A program made the position numbers and the translations under genes. A stretch of DNA of 10,526 nt from Pseudobdellovibrionaceae bacterium (GTDB lineage: Bacteria; Bdellovibrionota; Bdellovibrionia; Bdellovibrionales; Bdellovibrionaceae). The notes under the pieces were generated by a model. It was not told the DNA's origin, did no database searches, and saw nothing but the letters and a program-made list of their open reading frames with translations. The first letter of the stretch is position 1. Each line of letters begins with the position of its first letter. This document shows positions 1 to 7,472 of the stretch, piece by piece. Location: positions 1 to 10,526 of the forward strand of contig JBGGMM010000229.1 of assembly GCA_041288045.1 (NCBI GenBank), read 5' to 3'.

Positions 1-1
1 A

Positions 2-886
2 TCTTATAGTCTCAGCGCTCGTGCGACTGACAATGCAGGTGCAATCGCTAACTCCGCAGCTGTCAGTATCACTGTCAATGCTGTGACTCAACCACCGCCA
101 TCAGGTACAAGTGTGACTCTGTTGACTTCACAAGTACCAGCCCAAGTGAACTTGAATGACGGTGTCTCTTACGAGCTCGGTATGCGATTTACATCCACTG
201 CCGCTGGTAAAATCATGGCTATCCGATTCTTGAAAGCTTCGTCTGAGACTGGAACTCACACTGGGAAGATCTACTCTTCTTCAGGTGCACTGCTGGCTTC
301 AGTGGTGTTCTCAGGAGAGACAGCCGCTGGATGGCAGCAAATGAATTTGGCATCACCTCTGTCAATTGCAGCGAATACTGAATACACGGTTTCAGTAAAT
401 ACTGGTGCTGGGTACTATGTTGCGACCAATAACGGCATGGCTTCTCAGATTTCCAATGGATCTTTGAGATCTGTGGTTGGCAATAACGGTGTCTACGGTT
501 CTGTTGGCTTTCGTCCAACAAATAGCTATGAGAGCTCGAACTACTTCAGAGACATTGTGTTCGTCGCTGACAGTGGAAGCACGACTCCGCCTCCACCAAC
601 TGCCGACACTCAAGCACCGGTTGCGAGCATTGTCTCTCCAGTCAATGGCGCTCTTGTCAAAGCTGGATCTGTGATCACAATCTCTGCCAGCGCTTCAGAT
701 AATGTGGGAGTATCTCGAGTTGAGATCTACACCAATGGCAATCTCCGTTGCACAAAAACGGCTGCTCCTTACTCTTGCAACTGGACGGTGCCTAAGCGTG
801 TGGGAAGAACTCACCAGATCCAGGTCAAGGCTTATGATGCGGCTGGAAATGTGGGCTCTCAAACCATCAGTGTGAAATCGAATTAA
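2..886 (+). CDS. 5'-truncated secreted/surface protein: Ig-like (Big_7-type) domain, DUF4082 domain, C-terminal Ig-like (Big_7-type) domain
   Basis: The ORF-track frame (83..886) is open back to position 2 (SYSLSARATDNAGAIANSAAVSITVN, the end of an Ig-like domain), so the true start lies upstream of the window. DUF4082-type pattern YELGMRF...IRFLK...HTGKIY...LLAS...GWQQ...ANTEYTVS...NYFRDIVF. Pro-rich linkers, then DTQAPVASIVSP...ASDNVGVSRVE...AYDAAGNVG. Stop TAA at 884-886. Confidence 0.88.
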   Translation, partial: SYSLSARATDNAGAIANSAAVSITVNAVTQPPPSGTSVTLLTSQVPAQVNLNDGVSYELGMRFTSTAAGKIMAIRFLKASSETGTHTGKIYSSSGALLASVVFSGETAAGWQQMNLASPLSIAANTEYTVSVNTGAGYYVATNNGMASQISNGSLRSVVGNNGVYGSVGFRPTNSYESSNYFRDIVFVADSGSTTPPPPTADTQAPVASIVSPVNGALVKAGSVITISASASDNVGVSRVEIYTNGNLRCTKTAAPYSCNWTVPKRVGRTHQIQVKAYDAAGNVGSQTISVKSN

Positions 887-891
887 TATCA

Positions 892-944
892 CCGCCGCTG
901 CGGCGGCAAAAACCGAGAGAATCCGTTTTCAAGCGGATTCTCTC
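892..944. terminator. Tandem hairpins after the Ig-domain gene; possible terminator or mRNA-stabilising structure
   Basis: ccgccgc-t-gcggcgg (892-906) and an 11-bp perfect stem gagagaatccg (915-925)/cggattctctc (934-944). There is no U-tract on the + strand. Confidence 0.5.
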
Positions 945-1118
945 ACCATTCATCAGTAGTTCATTTTTAGTAAAGACCTGGTTAATCCAAGCAAAAATTG
1001 GGACTTCCTTTCCCTTTTGATTGCTGACATCTTCTTCCTATCTGAAAGCCAAAAATCTTAATCAATACTAAATCAAGTATATTTGTTGCTTCCACCTAGC
1101 TTCCTAGCAGGAGGATGT

Positions 1119-3680
1119 GTGCCTATTTCAGCCGTCGAAAATTTTCCGGCCTCGCTCTTTCAAGAGGAAGCCAATCGGCGACTGAAAACATTTGGTCCCA
1201 ACTCATTGCCTCAAGACCAGCCCTCGAATTTCAGAAAGCGATTGAAGCGAATTTTGCGTGAGCCTATGTTGGCCTTGCTGGTAATAGTCGCAGCCATTTA
1301 TTTGATCGTCGGCGAGAAGGCCGAAGGGATTCTCATGAGCATCTCAGTTCTGCTGGTCATCGGTATTGCCTATGCTCAAGAACTTCGATCTGAAAATGCT
1401 CTCACGGCCCTGAAGAAAATTTCGAGTCCGAGAGCTTTGGTCTTCCGTGATGGAGAAGAAAAAAGAATTTCCGCTGAAGAACTTGTCCCTGGAGATTTGG
1501 TCTCCATTCACGAAGGAGACCGCATTCCGGCGGATGGCTACCTGCTGCAGGGATCAAGCCTGTCTGTGGACGAATCCCTTCTCACAGGAGAATCCTTTCC
1601 AGTATTGAAAAAGCCCCTCGTTTCGCATTCACGCACCCAGAAAGACCTTCATCTTGGCGAAATCGACGCGCTTTTTTCTAGCACTCTGGTCGTTGGTGGA
1701 CGAGGCCTGATGCGTGTCACTCGAACCGGGTCCAAAACCGAAGTGGGAAGTATTGGCCAAAGTCTTTTTTCAACGATCACCACTGATTTTTTTCTCTCGC
1801 AAGAAATCAGCAAAACCGTGCGGCTTTTTGCAATCGTCGGCCTTGCAATTTGCCTTTTGCTCGTGATCGCCATTGGCATTCAGAAATCAGATTGGCTGGC
1901 GGCACTGCTTTCAGGACTGGCTGCTGCCATGGCCCTTTTACCTGAAGAGTTTCCAGTGATTCTTTCCATTTTCACAGCCATGGGCGCCTGGCGATTAGCA
2001 AAGGTTGGAGTTCTTGCAAGAAACTCACAGGCCATCGAGCGCCTGGGAGCGATCACCGACCTCTGCGTTGATAAGACAGGAACATTAACCTGCAATAAAA
2101 TGTCAGTGGCAGCCCTGAGCATCGATGGCCACACTTATTGGACCCATGAATTTCCAATGGCAGACTTGAATGAAGAGGCCAAAAATCTGTTGCGCTTTGG
2201 GGCCCTGGCAAGCCCCCTTCGCCCCATGGATCCGATGGAAAAAGAGCTTCAATCGCAAGCCTCTCAGCTCGAAAAAAATGGCAGCACCCCTCACTCCCAA
2301 TTTCAATTGATTCGCGAATACCCTCTTTCCACTGAACTCTTAGCAACTTCTTTTGTCTGGTTTTCAAATTTCAAAGAGGCTCCCCTGACAATTGCAACAA
2401 AGGGAGCACCCGAAGCCATTCTTTCTCTCTGCCAATTGAGCCATGAGCAAAAAGAAAAAATCAAAACCGAAGTTGAAAACCTCTCACAAAAATCCCTGCG
2501 CATTCTCGGAGTCGCCCGTGGAGTCGCGATCAGTTCAATGGGCCTGCCTGAAAATCAAAATCACTTTCAATTGCGGTGGCTGGGACTGATTGGCTTTGAA
2601 GATCCGATCCGACTCGAAGTTCCTGAAGCCCTTCAGAAATGCCAAATGGCTGGAATCAATGTCATCATGATGACGGGTGATTATCCGGCAACTGCTTTGC
2701 GAATTGCAGAGAAAGCGGGATTTCGCAGTGGCCAGGTCCTCACTGGAGCTGATGTTGAAAAGCTGAAAGACGAGGATCTGAAAGAGTGTTTCAAAACAAC
2801 AAAAGTCTTCGCTCGTCTGGCTCCCCAACAGAAACTCAAATTGGTCCGAACCCTTCAAACCTCAGGTCGAGTCGTTGCCATGACAGGTGATGGAGTCAAC
2901 GATGCTCCAGCGCTTAAGACAGCCGACGTCGGAATCGCCATGGGCGCCCGAGGAACCGACGTGGCCAGAGAAGCTTCCGACCTGGTTCTCGTGGATGACA
3001 GCTTCGGCTCAATCGTTGAGGGAATCAAACGAGGACGAGAAATTTTCGCCAATATCCGTGCGGCGATGACTTATGTCGGATCCATTCACGTTCCCATTGC
3101 GGGTTTGGCCATCCTTCCAGTTCTCGCTGGTTTCCCTTTGATTCTTCTCCCAGCACATATTGTGTTTTTAGAGTTGATCATTGATCCCACCTGCTCGCTT
3201 TTATTTGAATCACGAATTTCCGCTCGAAATCCAATGGCTGAAAAACCACGAAGTTTAGAGACAAAACTTTTTTCAAAAAAGGATCTCAGCAGAAGTTTGG
3301 CTCAAGGGGCTTTGATTCTCATAGTATCTCTCTTGCTCATCTTTTATTTTCAAAAATCTCTCAAAGCCGAAGAACTTCGATCTTTGGTTTTTTTACAGCT
3401 CACTCTCGGCAACATCGGTTTGATCATTGCCGATTTCACAGGAGGCTCTCCAAGTCAGCTGAAAAAATTTCTGCTGACCCGACGGCACTTTATTGTTTTG
3501 GCGCTCTCCTTGATGATTATCAGCACTCTCTTCCTTTCTCCGCAGCTGCAAATCCTCTTTCAAATGGCGACTCTTTCATGGAACCTTGCCTTGGTCGCGG
3601 TAGCGACTGCATTTTTGACTTCGACTCTTCAAGGAATTTGGAACTGGAAAATGATTTTATCAAAATCACTGCCCAGTTGA
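1119..3680 (+). CDS. Cation-translocating P-type ATPase (P-II-like, PEEFP subfamily; substrate uncertain)
   Basis: Motifs TGES (A domain), DKTGTLT (phosphorylation site), KGAPE, DPIR, MTGD, GDGVNDAPALK and multiple TM segments. The likely start is GTG at 1119 after AGGAGG (1109-1114); the ORF track starts at TTG 1083. Confidence 0.95.
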   Translation: MPISAVENFPASLFQEEANRRLKTFGPNSLPQDQPSNFRKRLKRILREPMLALLVIVAAIYLIVGEKAEGILMSISVLLVIGIAYAQELRSENALTALKKISSPRALVFRDGEEKRISAEELVPGDLVSIHEGDRIPADGYLLQGSSLSVDESLLTGESFPVLKKPLVSHSRTQKDLHLGEIDALFSSTLVVGGRGLMRVTRTGSKTEVGSIGQSLFSTITTDFFLSQEISKTVRLFAIVGLAICLLLVIAIGIQKSDWLAALLSGLAAAMALLPEEFPVILSIFTAMGAWRLAKVGVLARNSQAIERLGAITDLCVDKTGTLTCNKMSVAALSIDGHTYWTHEFPMADLNEEAKNLLRFGALASPLRPMDPMEKELQSQASQLEKNGSTPHSQFQLIREYPLSTELLATSFVWFSNFKEAPLTIATKGAPEAILSLCQLSHEQKEKIKTEVENLSQKSLRILGVARGVAISSMGLPENQNHFQLRWLGLIGFEDPIRLEVPEALQKCQMAGINVIMMTGDYPATALRIAEKAGFRSGQVLTGADVEKLKDEDLKECFKTTKVFARLAPQQKLKLVRTLQTSGRVVAMTGDGVNDAPALKTADVGIAMGARGTDVAREASDLVLVDDSFGSIVEGIKRGREIFANIRAAMTYVGSIHVPIAGLAILPVLAGFPLILLPAHIVFLELIIDPTCSLLFESRISARNPMAEKPRSLETKLFSKKDLSRSLAQGALILIVSLLLIFYFQKSLKAEELRSLVFLQLTLGNIGLIIADFTGGSPSQLKKFLLTRRHFIVLALSLMIISTLFLSPQLQILFQMATLSWNLALVAVATAFLTSTLQGIWNWKMILSKSLPS

Positions 3681-4829
3681 ATTTGGCGCTTCAAGATAGG
3701 GTCGGGCATCCATGGGAAAATCCATCATAAATGTCGTTCCCGTATTCTCGGAACTCTCAACAATCACGCTGCCACCGTGGCCTTCCGCTACAGAGCGCAC
3801 CAAAGCCAAACCTAGCCCCCAGCCCTTGGTGCTTCCTGTGCGGGCTGCTTCACTTCGGCGAAAAGGTTGAAACAATCCCTCTTGTTCATCAACAGGAATA
3901 TAGCTCCCCTCATTGTGAACAGAGAGAAAAAGTCGATCTTCCCGAGATCGGACTTCGATTGTAATCGGAGCCTCAGCCCCTCCGTATTTGATGGCATTGT
4001 TGAGCAAATTTTCCAATGCCCGCCGAATTGCTTCTCCGTCCCAGTAGCCTTTGGCCGGCTCGCCTTGAATCCGCACTCGCTCCTGCTCTGGTTTGGCAAG
4101 GTCATTGACGCTTTCATGGACCACTTCCAAAATCGTGCAGGGTCTGACATTCAACTGCAATTTTTCACCAAATTGAATGACACTTGCATCCAGCAGGCTT
4201 TGAATCAGGCGATCCGCTCTTTTGGAATTGTTGATAATTTTCTGTGCAAGATTTTTGATATCCTCCAAAGCTCGAGAAGCGGGTTGCTCGCTTGCAATCA
4301 TTTGAATTAACTCCGCGGACATTTTGGCAGTGCCTAAGGGATTTCTTAAATCATGACTGAGATAGGCCACAAATTGCTCGCGAATCTGGTTTTGCACTAA
4401 AAAAAATGCGAGCATGCCTTCTCGCAGGGCTTGATCAAATGAAATTTGAATGACTCGTCGATCTCTTTCGGTCAGTTGAATGTGAGATTGCAGAATCTGC
4501 AGAACTGTATCGCGAAGAATTTGATATTCTTGAATAAATTGATCCGGCCCATAATGAGTGAGCCTTGCCCTTTCACCACCATGCTCCTGAGAAATTGTCG
4601 TCGATTCAGTGGCTGTGAAGCGAGGATGCTGTTCACACAGAGCCTCTGCCAATCTTTCCAAAAAAATGGGAACCGTGTCGACAATAATCGGGGATTGAAG
4701 TTGACTGGCAAACTTGACTTGCTCCCGAACTTTCTGCTCCCAAATATTAATAATTTCATAGCGCAGTTGGTAGAGGGTTCTGGCCGAGGGAGTCTTTGAA
4801 AATTCAGGTGAAATCAAATGGTCATTCAT
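3666..4829 (-). CDS. Cytoplasmic sensor histidine kinase (HisKA + HATPase_c) with an N-terminal RsbRD_N-like helical domain
   Basis: H-box SHDLRNPL, N-box ENLLNNAIKY, HNEG, F-box LFQPF, G2 box GWGLGL. The N-terminal HGGERARLTHY...EYQILRD pattern resembles RsbRD_N. No TM helix. The start is placed at ATG 4829 (MNDHL), which is uncertain; the ORF track extends to 4925. Confidence 0.92.
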   Translation of the reverse strand: MNDHLISPEFSKTPSARTLYQLRYEIINIWEQKVREQVKFASQLQSPIIVDTVPIFLERLAEALCEQHPRFTATESTTISQEHGGERARLTHYGPDQFIQEYQILRDTVLQILQSHIQLTERDRRVIQISFDQALREGMLAFFLVQNQIREQFVAYLSHDLRNPLGTAKMSAELIQMIASEQPASRALEDIKNLAQKIINNSKRADRLIQSLLDASVIQFGEKLQLNVRPCTILEVVHESVNDLAKPEQERVRIQGEPAKGYWDGEAIRRALENLLNNAIKYGGAEAPITIEVRSREDRLFLSVHNEGSYIPVDEQEGLFQPFRRSEAARTGSTKGWGLGLALVRSVAEGHGGSVIVESSENTGTTFMMDFPMDARPYLEAPNSTGQ

Positions 4830-4934
4830 TTGCAAATCAAATCTGCAAATCTTCGACCATTTTTTTTGAGTCCTTTCTATTCCCATTCCATTCCCGTGGC
4901 TTCGAGGATGGCAGAAAGGACCCAAAAACAGGGA

Positions 4935-7004
4935 TTAAATCCCCAATTTTTTTAAGAATGCGTCAGCATTGGGTTCGCGACCCAAAAATTCACGCAAAAG
5001 CTCAAGTGCCTCTTTCATGCTCCCCGGTTCTAAAATGGATTTGCGGTAACGAGAACCCATTTCGTGATCCGTCAGATCAGCTTCCGGAAACTGAGAAAAC
5101 ATATCCTGCGCGTACACTTCAGACCATAGATATCCATAATATCCAGCATCGTATCCACCCATCAAATGTCCAAAGCTAGCTGGAAAATGATTTCCAGCCA
5201 AAGGCTCTTGGCCAATGATCTGTCGGTACAAATCATCATAAGTTTTGGTCACATCCACAGACTGATTTTGCGTATGCAAGCTCAAGTCAAAAAGTGCGTA
5301 GAGGAGCTGCTTGGTATAGGCAGCTCCTTGCTGAAAGTTTTTGGCAGCCAGCATTTTCTCAAGCAAGGCAGCCGGCAATTTTTCTTCGGGACGCAAATAA
5401 TGACCTGAAATCTGATTTAAAATCTGTGGACTCCAAACCCAGTTTTCAAGCATCTGGGAAGGAGCTTCGACAAAATCCTGCGCCACTGAGGCCCCCGACA
5501 AAGTCGCATAAGGTGCTCGAGTCAAAGTTTGATGCATGATATGGCCGAATTCATGGAAAAAGGTTTCCACTTCGTCGTGTGAAAGCAAGGAAGGTTTGTC
5601 CGCTGTTGGAGGATTGAAATTCGCCACCATGGAAGCAATTGGCAAACTATATTTGCCATTGGCCAAGCGACGTCCACTGATCAAGGGAAAAGCCGCAGCA
5701 TGACCATACTTTCCAGGTCGCGGAATCAAATCCGTATAGAAATAACCGATCAATTCCCCGCTTGAACCTTCATGGATTTCGTAAAGCTTCACACCTTCCG
5801 CCCAAACATCGGCTTTTTGCACTTCGACGAAGCTCACTCCCAAAAGCTTGGAGTAAATTTCAAAAATTCCTGCGACCACTTGATTGGCTGGAAAGTACTC
5901 GCGGATTTTCTCCTGATCGAGGCTGTAATCCCGCTTCTGCAATTGATAAGAGAAATAGGAGATATCCCACTGATCCAATGCCGTGGCTTGGGGTTGCAGT
6001 TCCTTTTTGAAATTCAAAAGTTGTTGGAAATCCTTTTGATTGCGTTCAGCCAATTTACCTTTCAAGTTATTGAGAAAATCAAGAGCCGCCTCGCTGGATT
6101 TGGCCATTCTCGGTGCCGTTCGATAATCGGCCCAAGTCTTGTATCCCAGAGCTTGCGCAATCTGAGATCGAAGGACCACGGCTTCCTCTAAAAGTTTCGT
6201 GTTGGTCTCCCCGCCCCGATTGAGATAAGCAAGCATGACTTTTTTGCGAGTTTCCGCCACTGAAACATTCTGCATGACAGCCAAATAATCCGTGCTCTTG
6301 GTTGTCACAATCAATTTGCCATCATCTGTTTTTTGCAATCGATTGAGAAAATCAGCGGGAGCACCTTTGAGCTCTTCAGCTGTCAATTCAAGGGAAGAAG
6401 TGTCCGTATTTAAATTGGTCGAAAACTGACTTTCTTTCTGAGCCAATTTGGTCTTGAGTTCTTTGACCTTGGCTAAAACATCATCGGCCAACTTGAGGCC
6501 ATTTTGCTCAAAGCTTTGTAAAGTTTGAGAAAGCAATCGGGCCTCCTGATCACTTTCCGCCTTTTGAGAGACGAGAACTTGATACAAGGCTCGACGAGTG
6601 TAGATATCAACCACCAACTGCCCAAGCTTCTGCTCACACTCAGATCCTTCAGCACTGACGGCCTCATCTGTTGAGACATAGCCCATAAAAGTCAGCGGCT
6701 GAGTCTGATCCCAAAAATCACCAATTGCATTTTCAAATGCCAACAGAGGTCGCTCGCTGAGGCTTTCAGGTTTGTTTGCAATGACGGCCAATTTATTTTC
6801 AACTTCTGAAATCGCCTGTTCACAAAGAGCTGTGACCTGCCCCGGTTCATAGCGGCTTTGAATTGGACCCGTCGTCTTCAATCGTAAAATCGAAGTTGGG
6901 GACGGACTGCCACCAGGGCGAGTCGATTCAGAGTTTTTTTCGCACCCTGCAAAGGCCAGAGCCGACAAAAACGAAATGAACAAAAGAAATGACTTGGATT
7001 TCAC
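4935..7004 (-). CDS. M3A family zinc oligopeptidase (thimet oligopeptidase/neurolysin-like), predicted lipoprotein
   Basis: HEFGH zinc motif in FFHEFGHIMH, plus DFVEAPSQMLENW, PRPGKYGHAA and GHLMGGYDAGYYGYLWSEV. The N-terminal signal MKSKSFLLFISFLSALAFAG-C21 has a lipobox. GTG start with an upstream GAAGGGGG RBS. Confidence 0.95.
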   Translation of the reverse strand: MKSKSFLLFISFLSALAFAGCEKNSESTRPGGSPSPTSILRLKTTGPIQSRYEPGQVTALCEQAISEVENKLAVIANKPESLSERPLLAFENAIGDFWDQTQPLTFMGYVSTDEAVSAEGSECEQKLGQLVVDIYTRRALYQVLVSQKAESDQEARLLSQTLQSFEQNGLKLADDVLAKVKELKTKLAQKESQFSTNLNTDTSSLELTAEELKGAPADFLNRLQKTDDGKLIVTTKSTDYLAVMQNVSVAETRKKVMLAYLNRGGETNTKLLEEAVVLRSQIAQALGYKTWADYRTAPRMAKSSEAALDFLNNLKGKLAERNQKDFQQLLNFKKELQPQATALDQWDISYFSYQLQKRDYSLDQEKIREYFPANQVVAGIFEIYSKLLGVSFVEVQKADVWAEGVKLYEIHEGSSGELIGYFYTDLIPRPGKYGHAAAFPLISGRRLANGKYSLPIASMVANFNPPTADKPSLLSHDEVETFFHEFGHIMHQTLTRAPYATLSGASVAQDFVEAPSQMLENWVWSPQILNQISGHYLRPEEKLPAALLEKMLAAKNFQQGAAYTKQLLYALFDLSLHTQNQSVDVTKTYDDLYRQIIGQEPLAGNHFPASFGHLMGGYDAGYYGYLWSEVYAQDMFSQFPEADLTDHEMGSRYRKSILEPGSMKEALELLREFLGREPNADAFLKKLGI

Positions 7005-7053
7005 AGAGATCCCCCTTCAAAAATTGGAAATTTTGGCTCCAGTTCCAAGAAAG

Positions 7054-7069
7054 AGCAATCCCCATACCA
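7054..7069 (-). promoter_or_regulatory. Putative sigma54 (-24/-12) promoter for the M3 peptidase
   Basis: The minus strand reads TGGTAT-GGGGA-TTGCT, with exact GG-N10-GC spacing versus consensus TGGCAC-N5-TTGCW. It lies ~50 nt upstream of the start codon. Confidence 0.5.
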
Positions 7070-7120
7070 TCCAGAAAAAGCCTAACGCAAAACCACACTC
7101 TGACGATCGTACACCTATAG

Positions 7121-7420
7121 GTTGACGATCAAGTGACACCAATCACCAGCAACCTGTTGTATTATTATTCACTTGCCAGACGACCACGATGGTCGTCTGG
7201 AAGCCTTCGCATGGACGGACACACTCTCGTTTACTCTCGGCACCGCTGTGCTCGAGACACCCATCCACGATGTTGTCCGTTGGTATGGTGTACCGACGGT
7301 CAACATCGTGGATGTGGGGTGTGCGAAGCTTGCGTCTTCGCCTGATCGTGAACATCCATGTCCGTTGCCTCACCCCTTCGGGGCTCGCCTTTGGCGAGTT
7401 TCCAGAAAACCTGATGGATG
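7121..7420 (+). ncRNA. Candidate highly structured non-coding RNA or REP/MITE-like palindromic element (unassigned family)
   Basis: Stems: 7121-7131/7343-7353 (10 of 11), 7176-7186/7190-7200 (11 bp perfect), 7205-7211/7322-7328, 7235-7257 hairpin, 7262-7286/7290-7314 (one mismatch, two G-U), 7353-7359/7414-7420, cccUUCGggg 7374-7383, ctcgcc/ggcgag 7384-7398. The structure is clear; expression as RNA is an inference. Confidence 0.5.
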
Positions 7421-7472
7421 AGGAAAACTGCTGGGCTAGATTTGTGGGGCTATTTTACTTTTCTTTTTTCTT

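Noticed and set aside
4830..4925. N-terminal extension of the kinase to 4925 in the ORF track
   Set aside because: It uses a TTG start without a convincing RBS, and the 32 extra residues look like translated intergenic sequence.
219..6679. Numerous 60-147 aa antisense or alternative-frame ORFs within the large genes
   Set aside because: They lie almost wholly inside well-supported CDSs and show no independent coding evidence.
7101..7420. CRISPR array or complete retron
   Set aside because: There are no regularly spaced identical repeats and no cas or reverse transcriptase gene in the window. The retron resemblance is architectural only.
7121..7440. Known housekeeping RNAs (tRNA, SRP, RNase P, tmRNA)
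   Set aside because: I could not find their signature motifs (T-loop GTTCRA with CCA end, SRP GGAAGGAAGCAG, RNase P GAGGAAAGTCC). An Rfam scan is still needed.
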